From: Candidatus Atelocyanobacterium thalassae
Lineage (GTDB): Bacteria > Cyanobacteriota > Cyanobacteriia > Cyanobacteriales > Microcystaceae
Length of the DNA stretch: 64,000 bases
Assembly: GCA_051971635.1 (NCBI GenBank)
Contig: JBFPLN010000001.1
Coordinates: 297,972-361,971, forward strand
Direction: 5' to 3'
The notes beneath the pieces were generated by a model, which saw nothing but the letters and a program-made list of their open reading frames with translations, searched no databases and was not told the DNA's origin. How positions within the stretch are numbered: the first letter of the stretch is position 1; every line of letters starts with the position of its first letter. Shown piece after piece: positions 20,146-31,539 of this stretch. The translations under genes were made by a program, and so were the position numbers.

Positions 20146-21618
20146 ATGTGGTTATTAGTACTTATTTTAGGCACAATTACATACTATCTAATAAAACGAA
20201 CAATTGCTCCTATTACCAATACTCCTATCTGGGCCATTTGGTTGATAATGATGACGCCAGCTTTAACATGGACAATTTGGTACGAAGTAGCAGAAAAAGA
20301 TAAACCTATACCTACTCTACTTATTATTATCCCTTTAGTAGTATGTTTAATTTTATATTTATGGATCATTGGAGTAGGTAAAACCAAATTGTTACCTAAG
20401 CAAAGAACCAAATATCAAGTTTCACTTCATGAAACTGAAAAAAATAAAAATGGTATTGAAGTAATACGTCCTATTACTGCTACCGAGGAAAAATCTCTAA
20501 GAGAGTGTTTTTCTTGGAGAATTTATCATCTACAGGATATAAACTATCATCCTCAAACCATTTTATGTCATGGAAAATTAAAAACTCTTCCAGAAGAAGC
20601 TTATAATTCTATCAAAGATAATATTGAAAAAGTATTTGGCGATCGCTTTTTAATATTATTTCAGGAAGGTTTAAAAGGAAATCACTTTTTTGCTTTAGTT
20701 CCCAACCCTCATTCTAGAAAAGAAATAGAAAAACCCTTAAAAAAGCCATTATTAGCTTTTAGCCTGTTATTACTTACCTTATTAACAACTACGATGGTTG
20801 GAACGTTTCAAATAGTAAGTACTGAACAAGAATTTATAGGAAACAATCTTATGATATTTCTTGAAGGACTACCTTATAGTTTAGGCTTAATATCTATTTT
20901 AGGAATCCATGAATTTAGCCATTATTTAACGACTGTTCGTTATAAAGTTGCTGCAACTTTCCCTTATTTTATTCCTATTCCCTTTTTCCTTGGAACTTTT
21001 GGAGCATTTATTCAGATAAAGTCTCCAATACCACACCGTAAAGCTTTGTTTGACATAGCTATTGCTGGTCCTTTAGGAGGATTTCTAGTTACCTTACCGT
21101 TATTAATATGGGGGATATCATTGTCAGACGTTGTTCCATTACCAATAGAAGAGAATATTTCTCTCCTAAATACAAAAGCGCTAGATCCAAGATTTTCTAT
21201 ACTATTTACTGTATTAGTTAAATTAGTTTTAGGCAGTAACTTCATAGCAGGAAATGTCATTTCTCTTCATCCTTTGGCTGTAGCAGGATATGTCGGACTA
21301 ATCGTAACAGCGTTAAATTTAATTCCCGTAGGGCAATTAGATGGTGGTCATATTGTTCATGCTATGTTTGGGCAAAGAATTGCTATCATGATTGGTCAGT
21401 TAACTAGAATTTTAATGTTAATTTTAGCTATGAATAGACCAGAGTTCTTAATTTGGGCAATATTATTATTTTTAATGCCTATTTTTGATCAGCCTGCTTT
21501 AAATGATGTGACTGAATTAGACAACAAAAGAGATTTTCTTGGCTTGTGTACTTTGACATTATTACTATTAATTTTATTGCCAATTCCCACTTTCTTAACT
21601 AACTGGTTACAAGTTTAA
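20146..21618 (+). CDS. Site-2 protease (M50, EGY-like)
   Basis: 'HEFSH', 'GTFGA', 'AGPLGG', 'NLIPVGQLDGG'. Confidence 0.92.
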   Translation: MWLLVLILGTITYYLIKRTIAPITNTPIWAIWLIMMTPALTWTIWYEVAEKDKPIPTLLIIIPLVVCLILYLWIIGVGKTKLLPKQRTKYQVSLHETEKNKNGIEVIRPITATEEKSLRECFSWRIYHLQDINYHPQTILCHGKLKTLPEEAYNSIKDNIEKVFGDRFLILFQEGLKGNHFFALVPNPHSRKEIEKPLKKPLLAFSLLLLTLLTTTMVGTFQIVSTEQEFIGNNLMIFLEGLPYSLGLISILGIHEFSHYLTTVRYKVAATFPYFIPIPFFLGTFGAFIQIKSPIPHRKALFDIAIAGPLGGFLVTLPLLIWGISLSDVVPLPIEENISLLNTKALDPRFSILFTVLVKLVLGSNFIAGNVISLHPLAVAGYVGLIVTALNLIPVGQLDGGHIVHAMFGQRIAIMIGQLTRILMLILAMNRPEFLIWAILLFLMPIFDQPALNDVTELDNKRDFLGLCTLTLLLLILLPIPTFLTNWLQV

Positions 21619-22164
21619 TTTCAGTAGTATGAAAAACTATTCAATAATTTTATTAAGAGTATTAGATATAGATACAGTACTATTTAATTTTTTTTTGTAA
21701 TTTAATTCTAGAAAAAACTTACAATAGTATAAGACAAAGAAATAAAACTTTATGTGTATAAATGTTATTCTTTTGAACATTAAGATTGACAATGATTTTT
21801 CATGAATAATTATAGAATATTTACACTAATCTAGGTCAAAAAAATATACAGTACAGCTATGGTACATAAACTAAGAATAGTGAAAAGATAGTATGAGTAC
21901 TTATATCTCACTATCTCTTTAATAATATTAAAAGTATCTATTAGTCATATTAATAATGTAAACTATTTAACCATAATAAAGTAGTTTTATATCTACAACT
22001 ACTTTGTTTCAAATTTTTTAATAAGTAAAAATATTACAAATTTTAGTTAGATAAAATTTTATTTTTAGAACCAGTGAATAGAAAATATCTTCAGTTTCTA
22101 GTCAGAGCAATAGTTTTAATTAATTGTTGTAAACTATCTTTTCAGAGGTTCATAAGAAAATTAG

Positions 22165-24768
22165 TTAGCTTTTGACAATTTTTTTTGCAAAAGTTAATGC
22201 TTCATTTTTTATATTTACCACAATCGTATCCTCTGCCATGAATTCTCCTTTAAGAAGTAATTTAGCTATAGGAGTTTCTAAGTATTTCTGAATCGCTCTT
22301 TTTAAAGGTCTAGCTCCATAAATGGGATCATATCCAACATTAGCAATAAAATCTAAAGCTAATTCTGATAGTTCAAGATGTATTTTTTGTTCTTCTAAAC
22401 GATTACTTAACAGTTGAGTTTGTAGTTTAACAATTTCTCTTAATTGAAATTTCTGTAATCCATGAAAAATTATCATCTCATCTATACGATTAAGGAATTC
22501 AGGACGAAAATTATTTTGTACAGTTTTAATAACACGTGAATACATTTCACTATAACGAGAATCATCGTCCACAACATCTAATATATATTGTGATCCTATA
22601 TTACTAGTCATTATGATGATAGTATTTTTGAAGTTAATAGTACGTCCTTGAGAATCAGTTAATCTACCATCGTCAAGGATTTGCAACATGATATTAAAAA
22701 TATCAGCATGAGCTTTTTCTATTTCATCAAAAAGAATTACTGCATATGGATGGCGGCGAATAGCCTCACTTAACTGTCCTCCTTCGTCATATCCTACATA
22801 TCCCGGAGGTGCTCCAATTAAACGCGATATACTATGCCTTTCCATATATTCAGACATATCGATACGTACTATTGATTCCTCGGTATCAAATAAACTTTTT
22901 GCAAGTGCTCTAGCTAATTCAGTTTTCCCGACTCCTGTAGGTCCAAGAAAAAGAAAACTGGCAATAGGACGTTGTGGATCAGCAAGACCAGCTCTTGATC
23001 TTTGAATGGAATCTGCTATGGCAGTTACAGCTTCTTCTTGTCCAACTACTCTTCTATGAAGATCAGTTTCTAAATTTAATAATTTTTCCTTTTCCGATTG
23101 TACTAACTTATGAAGAGGAATCCCTGTCCACCGAGATATGATTTCAGCAATGTCTGATGGAACTACTTCCTCCCGAAGCAAAATTTTATCTTGATCATTT
23201 ATAGTTTTATCTTCTAAATCTTTTATCTGTTTCTGTAACGTTGATAGTTTCCCATATCGCAATTCAGCAGCTTTGTTTAAATCATAATCTCGTTCGGATT
23301 GTTGAATTTCCAAGTTAACTTGATCAATAGTCTTTTTTAAGAGTAGTATTTCGTCGATAAGTGTTTTTTCTTTTTGCCATCTTGAATTAAGACTATATTG
23401 TTCTTGCTTTAAATCAACAAGCTCTTTTTCCAATATTTCTAATCGTTCACAAGATAATTGATCTTCTTCTTTGTTTAAGGAAAGACGTTCCATCTCTAGC
23501 TGAAGAATTTTACGGTCAATCTCATCTAGTTCCTCTGGTTTAGAAGTAATTTCTATTTTAAGTTTAGCAGCAGATTCATCTATCAAATCGATAGCTTTGT
23601 CAGGTAAAAAGCGGTCACTGATATAGCGATCAGATAATATTGCAGCAGCTACCAATGCTGTATCGGCTATTTTTACTCCATGATGAACTTCATATCGTTC
23701 CTTTAGTCCACGCAAGATTGAAATTGTATCAATCACGTTAGGTTCGTTAACCATGACTGACTGAAAACGTCGTTCTAAAGCAGCATCTTTTTCAATATAT
23801 TTTCGATATTCATCAAGTGTTGTTGCCCCAATACAACGTAGTTCACCCCTTGCTAACATAGGTTTGAGTAAATTACCAGCATCCATTGCTCCTTGGGTAG
23901 CACCTGCTCCAACTACAGTATGTATTTCATCGACAAATAAAATGATATTACCTTGGGAGTCAATGACCTCCTTTAAAACTGCTTTTAATCTCTCTTCAAA
24001 TTCTCCTCTATATTTTGCGCCTGCAACTAAAGAGCCCATATCTAAAACAATAAGCTTTCTATCTCGCAAAGATTCAGGAACATCCCTATTAATTATTCTT
24101 TGAGCTAATCCTTCAACAATTGCTGTTTTTCCAACTCCAGGTTCTCCAATTAAAACAGGATTATTTTTAGTTCTACGAGATAAAATTTGGATAGTACGAC
24201 GAATTTCATCATCTCTTCCAATAACTGGATCAAGTTTTCCTTTTTCAGCCAGTTCCGTTAAATCTCTTCCATATTTCACTAATGATTCATACTGATTTTC
24301 TGGACTTTGATCAGTCACTTTGTTATTTCCTCTAATTTCTTTAATAACTGTTTGTAATAGTTCTTGGGATAGATTTATTCTCTTAAATAGATCTGTTCCA
24401 AAGCGATTATCATAAGCATATGCTAGAAGTATATGCTCTACAGAAATATAATGATCTTGGAATTCTTGGCGAAACTTTTCGCTTTTATCGAAAAGGTTAT
24501 CTAAACTATGTCCAAGATAAACAGATTCTATAGAATTAGATATTTTTGGTTGATTAGTAATAAAGTCTTTAGTTAAATTTTTCACTTTATTTATGTCAAC
24601 ATTTGCTTTATTAAATATTCTTATAGATAACTCATCTTCCTCTATAAGAAATTTCATTAAATGCTCACTTTCAATTTGTTGATGTTTATTTTCTTTCGCA
24701 ATTCTAGAAGTTTCAACAATTGCTTCCCATACTTTCTTTGTAAACTTATTAGGATCGGTAGGTTGCAT
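22165..24768 (-). CDS. clpB: ATP-dependent chaperone ClpB
   Basis: Two AAA+ modules ([16 protein letters not shown]) with coiled-coil middle domain 'AAELRYG'. Confidence 0.97.
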   Translation of the reverse strand: MQPTDPNKFTKKVWEAIVETSRIAKENKHQQIESEHLMKFLIEEDELSIRIFNKANVDINKVKNLTKDFITNQPKISNSIESVYLGHSLDNLFDKSEKFRQEFQDHYISVEHILLAYAYDNRFGTDLFKRINLSQELLQTVIKEIRGNNKVTDQSPENQYESLVKYGRDLTELAEKGKLDPVIGRDDEIRRTIQILSRRTKNNPVLIGEPGVGKTAIVEGLAQRIINRDVPESLRDRKLIVLDMGSLVAGAKYRGEFEERLKAVLKEVIDSQGNIILFVDEIHTVVGAGATQGAMDAGNLLKPMLARGELRCIGATTLDEYRKYIEKDAALERRFQSVMVNEPNVIDTISILRGLKERYEVHHGVKIADTALVAAAILSDRYISDRFLPDKAIDLIDESAAKLKIEITSKPEELDEIDRKILQLEMERLSLNKEEDQLSCERLEILEKELVDLKQEQYSLNSRWQKEKTLIDEILLLKKTIDQVNLEIQQSERDYDLNKAAELRYGKLSTLQKQIKDLEDKTINDQDKILLREEVVPSDIAEIISRWTGIPLHKLVQSEKEKLLNLETDLHRRVVGQEEAVTAIADSIQRSRAGLADPQRPIASFLFLGPTGVGKTELARALAKSLFDTEESIVRIDMSEYMERHSISRLIGAPPGYVGYDEGGQLSEAIRRHPYAVILFDEIEKAHADIFNIMLQILDDGRLTDSQGRTINFKNTIIIMTSNIGSQYILDVVDDDSRYSEMYSRVIKTVQNNFRPEFLNRIDEMIIFHGLQKFQLREIVKLQTQLLSNRLEEQKIHLELSELALDFIANVGYDPIYGARPLKRAIQKYLETPIAKLLLKGEFMAEDTIVVNIKNEALTFAKKIVKS

Positions 24769-24829
24769 TTTTCAACATACATTAATTAATTGATATTTTT
24801 TATAATATCTTAGTTTAAAAAATAGCAAA

Positions 24830-24845
24830 GGACGGATTTCCTCAC
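24830..24845 (-). promoter_or_regulatory. K-box-like element upstream of clpB
   Basis: Minus strand GTGAGG-AAAT-CCGTCC, versus K-box GTTCGG-NNAN-CCNNAC; a GC-rich island in an AT-rich spacer about 60 bp from the start. Confidence 0.4.
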
Positions 24846-25742
24846 TACCTAGAGTTTATTTGTTAATATATGAAGTATGGAAAAACTAAGTATAAAGGTA
24901 TGTATCAAAATACGATACATGGTAAAAACTATGCTTTGTCATAATTTTTTATTTTTATTAAATAATACTGACCAAGAAATAATTAGTTTTATTGAATTGT
25001 AACTTTTTGATTTTATAGTTTCAAAACTTAAAGGATTACCAGTTTTTTTTAAAGATAGGTCAATCAGATGTATTAATATTACTCATAACAATAACTACAC
25101 TTTTTTTAAAAGACTTTATTACTAACGGAAACATTAGAACTGTACTCAGAAATTTTTATAAAAAAAATTTGCTTAACTAATTAAATATAATTATTTATCT
25201 GAGTTTTAAGATGATTTTTTTATTATTAATAGTCATATCATGAAAATTAGAAATATATCTAAAAGCCTACTTTAATTAAATGCATTAATTTTTTACAAAA
25301 TACTACCTAATAAATATAAGCTTTTAAAATATTAGGTTCATTTATAATTCGCTTATATAAAGAGCCATCTTGATAGATATTAAATACTAAATCAACATAA
25401 TTTTTAGCAATTACTTCTAACATCTTGAAACAATCAATGTACATTTATGGTCAACTATAGAAATAATTACAAAGTTCACAAAATCATGTAGTATTGTTAA
25501 GGAAGTAAACCAGAACAATTAGGAACTCTTATTTAGAGCATACATTAAGTTTCCTGTAATATAAACCTTCAAAGTTCCTAACTTCAATGGAAGCACTGAG
25601 GCTTCATATCAAGATCTCAATAAAAAAATAACTACAGCTAACACTCCGCTATTGTAAATCTTATTCTATATACAGTTATTTAATTACTCTTCATTTCGTG
25701 ATAACATCCCCGAATTAAACTACTACTACGAAAAATCGTATT

Positions 25743-26699
25743 ATGAAACTAACTAAAAGTAATCTGGATCCTGTTCGTTCATATCTAAGAGAAATTGGTC
25801 GTGTTCCTTTATTAACTCATGAAGAAGAAATTCTTTATGCAAAGCGTGTACAAAGATTTGTAGATTTAGAAAAATACCGTGAACTTTTTACTAAAGAAAC
25901 AGGGAAAGAGCCAACCGAAACTCAATGGGCTCAAGCAGCAAAAATATCAAGAAGAGAATTACATTCTGCAATAGCTTCGGGAGAAGCTGCTAAGCGCAAA
26001 ATGGTTGAAGCCAACCTTCGCTTAGTTGTATCCGTTGCTAAAAAATATCTTAAGCGCAATTTAGATTTATTAGATCTTATTCAAGAAGGGACTATTGGGA
26101 TGCAAAGAGGCGTGGAAAAATTTGATCCTACAAAAGGATATCGCTTTTCCACTTATGCTTATTGGTGGATTCGTCAAGCTATTACTCGTGCGATTGCTGA
26201 GAAAAGCCGTACTATACGTCTTCCTATACACATAACTGAAAAACTTAATAAAATTAAAAAAGCACAACGGGAACTTTCACAAGCAAGGGGAAGAGATGCA
26301 ACTATTGCTGAACTAGCTGATGAATTAGATCTTACTCCTAAACAAGTTAGGGAATATTTAGAAAGGGCTCGTCAGCCACTATCCTTGGATTTAAGAGTAG
26401 GAGATAATCAGGATACAGAATTAGGAGATCTTCTAGAAGATGATGGTCCTTCGCCTGAAGATTTTGCTACTCATTCTTCATTGCAATTTGATTTAGAGAT
26501 GTTAATGGAAGACTTAACAACTCAGCAAAAAGAGGTTATAGCTTTAAGGTTTGGACTAACTGATGGACAACCCTTGACATTAGCTAAAATTGGTTGTCGT
26601 CTTAATATTAGTCGTGAGAGAGTTAGACAAATTGAAAGAGAAGCCCTATCTAAGCTTAGAAAGCGTAAAGCAAACATTCAGGAGTACTTAGCCAGTTAG
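25743..26699 (+). CDS. sigD: Group 2 RNA polymerase sigma factor (SigD-like)
   Basis: '[22 protein letters not shown]', '[30 protein letters not shown]'; no region 1.1. Paralogue call (D vs B/C/E) is less certain. Confidence 0.8.
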   Translation: MKLTKSNLDPVRSYLREIGRVPLLTHEEEILYAKRVQRFVDLEKYRELFTKETGKEPTETQWAQAAKISRRELHSAIASGEAAKRKMVEANLRLVVSVAKKYLKRNLDLLDLIQEGTIGMQRGVEKFDPTKGYRFSTYAYWWIRQAITRAIAEKSRTIRLPIHITEKLNKIKKAQRELSQARGRDATIAELADELDLTPKQVREYLERARQPLSLDLRVGDNQDTELGDLLEDDGPSPEDFATHSSLQFDLEMLMEDLTTQQKEVIALRFGLTDGQPLTLAKIGCRLNISRERVRQIEREALSKLRKRKANIQEYLAS

Positions 26700-26732
26700 A
26701 TTAGAAAAATATTCTTGAGTAAAATATAAAAA

Positions 26733-26767
26733 TTACGGTTTTACTATCTTAGTTTTACGGTTTTACT
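26733..26767 (+). repeat. 13-bp perfect direct repeat, 22-bp period
   Basis: TTACGGTTTTACT at 26733-26745 and 26755-26767. Confidence 0.8.
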
Positions 26768-26856
26768 GATTTGGATATACCTAAAAACTTGTTACTCTAA
26801 GATGGAGTAAGATTTATAATATGAAATATTAATCTAGAGTTAATGTGAGGTAAACG

Positions 26857-27201
26857 ATGAGTAAAGAATTAGGTCGCTCTCAGAATTTTTTTAGTAGCGA
26901 AGATGGAGCAGGAGATGCATTATGGGAATATGTTCAATCTCTTAGTTCAGAGACTATTTCTCAATTATCTAAGCCTGATTCTATTGAAGTTTTTCAGGTC
27001 ATGGAACAAAATATTATTGGTTTATTAGGTAGTCTTCCTTCTGAACATTTTAATGTAACAATTAGTACAAGCAGAGATCATTTAGGAAAGTTATTAGCTT
27101 CAGCAATGATGAGTGGTTATTTTTTACGAAATGCAGAACAAAGACTAAATTTTGAACAGTCTTTACAGGCGATTGACAATAATTTACAAGATGACAAATA
27201 A
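26857..27201 (+). CDS. DUF760 family protein
   Basis: 'LWEYVQSL', 'NIIGLLGSLPSEHF', 'LLASAMMSGYFLRNAEQR'. Confidence 0.85.
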   Translation: MSKELGRSQNFFSSEDGAGDALWEYVQSLSSETISQLSKPDSIEVFQVMEQNIIGLLGSLPSEHFNVTISTSRDHLGKLLASAMMSGYFLRNAEQRLNFEQSLQAIDNNLQDDK

Positions 27202-27498
27202 TCTTATACTTAAATTTGGAAAACTTTTAGTCATACCAATCTAGTTTTAAAAGTATAATTTTGTATTACGTATAAATAAAGATGAGCTTTTCTCATAAAA
27301 ATTTAATCTTATTAAATCAACTGTTTCTTAAAAAATAGAACCTTTCAAAAAGATAAATACCAAAATTTTGGTATTTAGAATTAGTTTCACAGATACCCCA
27401 TGATTACTTCAATATGTTAACTAACTATAAGCAAATTTTGTAAATATTGAATACAATCAGATCTGTACTGAAATTTTACAGTAATTAACTCTTATTAT

Positions 27499-28215
27499 AT
27501 GAATGATTCTAATTGGGTAGATAGCGATGAGTTAATTCATCATTCTTCATCACAATCTTCTAAATCCAAGGTTTCATATTCGCAACTTAAATCTCCCAAG
27601 TTTCAACAGACACTGGCTATGGTAGAAACTGCTTTTTTGGCGAGTACAAGTAGTCTAATTTGGTTAATTAATACTTACTTTCCTTTAGGTATAATATTGC
27701 GACTTTTTTTCCCTATTCCCATAGCAATCTTGTGCCTAAGATGGGGAAGCCGTTCGGCTTGGATGGGATGGTTAGTCTCTGGATTGCTATTAACAGTTTT
27801 AATGGGGCCTATCCAAAGTATCCTTTTTGTAACTAATTATGGATTAATAAGTATACAATTAGGAGCATGTTGGCGTAGGAATATTAGTTGGGAATGGTCA
27901 ATTTTTATAGGTGCTGTAATATCTATTTTTAGTTTTTTCTTCAAATTTTGGTTATTTTCAATTTTGACAGGAGAAGACTTGTGGCAATATTCTATTAATC
28001 AGATGACTACTCTTGCTGACTGGTTATTTTTAAAATTTGGAACTTTGATACAACCAAGTTTCTTATTAGTTCAAGTATTTACATGCTTGCTAATATTTAT
28101 CAATAGCATTATTTATTTATTTGCTGTGCACATAATAGCATTAATGGTACTAGATAAATTAGGGAGCCCTATTACACGTCCACCTAAATGGGTCCAAATA
28201 ATTTTAGATTATTAA
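27499..28215 (+). CDS. DUF2232 family membrane protein
   Basis: 'MVETAFLAST', 'FPIPIA..LRWG', 'LLTVLMGP'. Confidence 0.75.
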   Translation: MNDSNWVDSDELIHHSSSQSSKSKVSYSQLKSPKFQQTLAMVETAFLASTSSLIWLINTYFPLGIILRLFFPIPIAILCLRWGSRSAWMGWLVSGLLLTVLMGPIQSILFVTNYGLISIQLGACWRRNISWEWSIFIGAVISIFSFFFKFWLFSILTGEDLWQYSINQMTTLADWLFLKFGTLIQPSFLLVQVFTCLLIFINSIIYLFAVHIIALMVLDKLGSPITRPPKWVQIILDY

Positions 28216-28293
28216 TATATCACACATAATAGTATAAATTAATTAACTAAATTTTTTAGAGCGAAATATCTTTCTTAGGTATCTGTATATATT

Positions 28294-29544
28294 TTAAAAA
28301 CCAATTGTATCGGATTGTTCAATAACTCCCTCTTCTGTAGTGTAAGCCAGTTCAGTATTGTTAATTTTAATTTTTTCTTGACTTAAAAAATGATTAACAT
28401 AATATAGCTTATGTTCTATAGTTTTACTTCCTTTATTTAAGGTATACAACCTTTCTTTTCTTCGCAAATTTCTTTTGTTAATTTTCACGTTCCTCGATTG
28501 AATAACAAAATAGCGGACTAAGGGTAATCCTAAAAAGAAGGATGCATAGCTGAATAAAAACCAGTAAAGTGAGCTTGTAAAACCAATAAAACTATTAGCT
28601 TCCAAGATGATACTTTGATCTTTCAGCAATGAGCCTAATACTAGAACTAATATAAAATTAACAGCTCCTAAACTAATAACTAACATTTTTTGACTACTAG
28701 TTATACGAGTAAACTTATAAAGTTTTTCCTCAAAAATATTATTAATATGTTTTTTGGGTAAGTTTTCAACAAATGTTCTTAGTTCAGGAAAACTATATAT
28801 TAATTGACCTTTCGGCGAAACCACTGGAACGCCAGCAAATCTTTTAAGTATAGGTAAAATATAGTCTTCACCATGTTCATCAATATCATCGAGATAAGGT
28901 GCTATTTGCTCTGCAATTATAACTCCTTGATTATCGTAAATAACTCTACTAATCATTTCCCAACGTATTTCTTCTAAGTTAAAATTTGGATTTCCATCGC
29001 CGAAAAGAAAAGAAAAGACTGCTTCTAGAAAATTAGTTTCTTTTGGCGACTTATCCCTACTAGGTTTAGAAGAAGTAAACGAATGATAATTATTGGTAGG
29101 ATAAAAAATCCAGAATAAATCACTCAAATTAGGTAGGATAAAAAAATTTATTCTTCTATATCCATTATCCTCTTCTCTATCAGAATGTAGACTTGTAATA
29201 ATAATAGTTATAGCAGTAAAAACTATTACAATTGAAGAAATTAGGATAACTCCGAAGGAAATTCGAATCAGATAAAACAAAGTTGTCCAAATCTTCTTCC
29301 AAATTTCATTTAATCTTAATATTAAGTTTTTATTTCGAAAAATACTACGGAGATTTTTCGAAAAAACATAAATAAGTTCTCCTGACTGAGTTACTTGTAA
29401 GTTGCCAAATGTATCTGACACTAAACTAAGTAATTCTTTTTGTACTATGTAAGAACTAATACCAGAATATGCAACTACATCTCCAACAGTGACACAATAG
29501 CCTAATTTTTCAACAGAATCAATAATTTTTAACTGAAGAGTCAT
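28294..29544 (-). CDS. Conserved cyanobacterial/plastid membrane protein
   Basis: 'VTVGDV', 'FLEAVFSFLFGDGNPN', 'AEQIAPYLD', 'IYSFPEL'. Confidence 0.75.
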   Translation of the reverse strand: MTLQLKIIDSVEKLGYCVTVGDVVAYSGISSYIVQKELLSLVSDTFGNLQVTQSGELIYVFSKNLRSIFRNKNLILRLNEIWKKIWTTLFYLIRISFGVILISSIVIVFTAITIIITSLHSDREEDNGYRRINFFILPNLSDLFWIFYPTNNYHSFTSSKPSRDKSPKETNFLEAVFSFLFGDGNPNFNLEEIRWEMISRVIYDNQGVIIAEQIAPYLDDIDEHGEDYILPILKRFAGVPVVSPKGQLIYSFPELRTFVENLPKKHINNIFEEKLYKFTRITSSQKMLVISLGAVNFILVLVLGSLLKDQSIILEANSFIGFTSSLYWFLFSYASFFLGLPLVRYFVIQSRNVKINKRNLRRKERLYTLNKGSKTIEHKLYYVNHFLSQEKIKINNTELAYTTEEGVIEQSDTIGF

Positions 29545-29994
29545 AAAACAAATACTTTGCTACGAATTCTATCTCTTAACTATCAATTATACGATAGAAA
29601 ATTTTTTGTTTTTTGATTGTAAGCCATAACTTCAAGACATTTTATATAGAATATAAATTATTAACAATTAGTCAGTATTTCAATATTCATTGAAATAATG
29701 CTTAAAATTCTTAAATAATATGATTTTTTACTTTACTATATATGGTTAATATATCAAAGCTAATTAAAATATCAAACATAAGAGTTTTATAAAATTTTTC
29801 ATAATATAAAATGACTAAATAATATTTCTTATTTTTTTTGATGTTTTAAATAGCCTTAATAATTATCAACCTTAAAATCTTTTATAAAAAGTTAATCTAA
29901 GTTTTTTTATATGATCACATAAAGATAACTTTATTATTTTAGGGTAGGAATCACTATTCAACTGATATGCCCCTGATTTTTTAGGTCATTATTC

Positions 29995-31476
29995 ATGAAA
30001 TTGCTTGAAGCAGAAGTTCATACGTCTTTAAAAGAATTTTTAAAACAATATAGAAAACCTTTCTGGAGTCATCATTTAGCAATGGCTCGATTAGTTTCAT
30101 ATATTCTACGTCTTCAACGTCCTGCTATTATCCAAACTAGTAGTTCTATTTCTTCTTATGGTTTAAGTTATTTATTACCATCTTTATTACTTAACAAACC
30201 AATTCTATTGGTTGCGCCTTTAAGTACTCAATATAAATTAAAGAAAAATATCATACCTTATCTACAACAATGGCTAAAACAGAAAAATATTATTTTTAAT
30301 GAAACATGTGGAAAAAAGCTAAACAATTTTCAAGGAATACTGATCGTATCTCCATATATTTGGTTGCATAATTATTTTAAAGAACAAGAATATTTACTTA
30401 CAGGTGCCCTAACTTTAGTTGACAAAGCTGATTATTTAGAACAATGGACAAGAGATTATCTCACAGTGACCATAACGCCTAAAGACTGGAAAGAATTACA
30501 AGACAATTATTTATGTTTTAATGCCTTAATTCATAAGGTTAAATCTTTTCTTAAATATTCTATTTTTAATTATCCTGATAATCCTTATCAACAGTATTTA
30601 TTGGGTCTAGAAGAAAAAAAAAGTTTACAAACTCTGTGTAAAGCTATTACTAAAAATAGTCTTTTAAACTGTATTGAAAAAAGAATTTTAGATAATAATT
30701 ACTTTCTGTGGACATCTGTAAATCGTAGAAACCAAACTTTTTTAATCCATTTGAGTCCTCTTGATATTTCTTCAACTTTAACTCCATTATTTAATGGTTC
30801 CACCACTATCTTTATGGGAGAAATTTTAGATCATAATAAATCTGCTTTTACATACAGAAAAAATATTGGTATCAAAGAGAAATTATTGTGCTTAAAACTT
30901 TCTCAACAACAACTAAATGAAATGGTTGATTTATATATTTATGATCGTTTACCAATGCCTAATACGTCAACGTTTCAGGATATTTTAACAGTATATATAA
31001 GAAAAATTATTAATGATAGTCATTCTCAATTAAAGCCTATTTTTATTATCATTGATGATATTCCTCTTAAAAAAAAGGTTGCAATTTCTTTAACTTTAGA
31101 ATTAGGTTCAAACATAAAAATAGAAAAAATTAAAATTCAAAATAATCATATATTAATCAGTAGTTGGAAGTTTTGGAAAAATAATCAAGACAAGCTACCA
31201 GTACCTAAGTTGTTAATCATCTCAACCTTACCGTTTCCGTCTCTAGAAAACCCTTTAGTTTCTTCCAAAGTTAATTATCACAAAAAGCGATATAAAGATT
31301 GGTTTTATTCTTATCTCTTACCGATCGCTCTACAAGAAACACAACATTTACTTATTTCACTTAGAGAATCTCAAGGAAAGATTGTCTTACTAGATAATAG
31401 AATTAGTTATCGTAGTTACGGTAAAAGACTTTTAACTGCTCTTAAGCCTTATGTTAAAATTAGCTATATGAAGTAA
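29995..31476 (+). CDS. Cyanobacterial DinG-like helicase C-terminal domain protein
   Basis: 'HHLAMARLV', 'LPFPSLENPLV', 'LLDNRI..RSYG'; no clear Walker A; divergent and K/I/N-rich. Confidence 0.75.
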   Translation: MKLLEAEVHTSLKEFLKQYRKPFWSHHLAMARLVSYILRLQRPAIIQTSSSISSYGLSYLLPSLLLNKPILLVAPLSTQYKLKKNIIPYLQQWLKQKNIIFNETCGKKLNNFQGILIVSPYIWLHNYFKEQEYLLTGALTLVDKADYLEQWTRDYLTVTITPKDWKELQDNYLCFNALIHKVKSFLKYSIFNYPDNPYQQYLLGLEEKKSLQTLCKAITKNSLLNCIEKRILDNNYFLWTSVNRRNQTFLIHLSPLDISSTLTPLFNGSTTIFMGEILDHNKSAFTYRKNIGIKEKLLCLKLSQQQLNEMVDLYIYDRLPMPNTSTFQDILTVYIRKIINDSHSQLKPIFIIIDDIPLKKKVAISLTLELGSNIKIEKIKIQNNHILISSWKFWKNNQDKLPVPKLLIISTLPFPSLENPLVSSKVNYHKKRYKDWFYSYLLPIALQETQHLLISLRESQGKIVLLDNRISYRSYGKRLLTALKPYVKISYMK

Positions 31477-31539
31477 AAATTGTTAAATGATTAAGTATAT
31501 TTACCTTTTGTTTATATTGCATTACTAGGAGATAGCTTC

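Noticed and set aside
24900..24920. ATGTATC-N7-GATACAT palindrome between clpB and sigD as an NtcA site
   Set aside because: GTA-to-TAC spacing is 11 (or 6), not the N8 required for NtcA.
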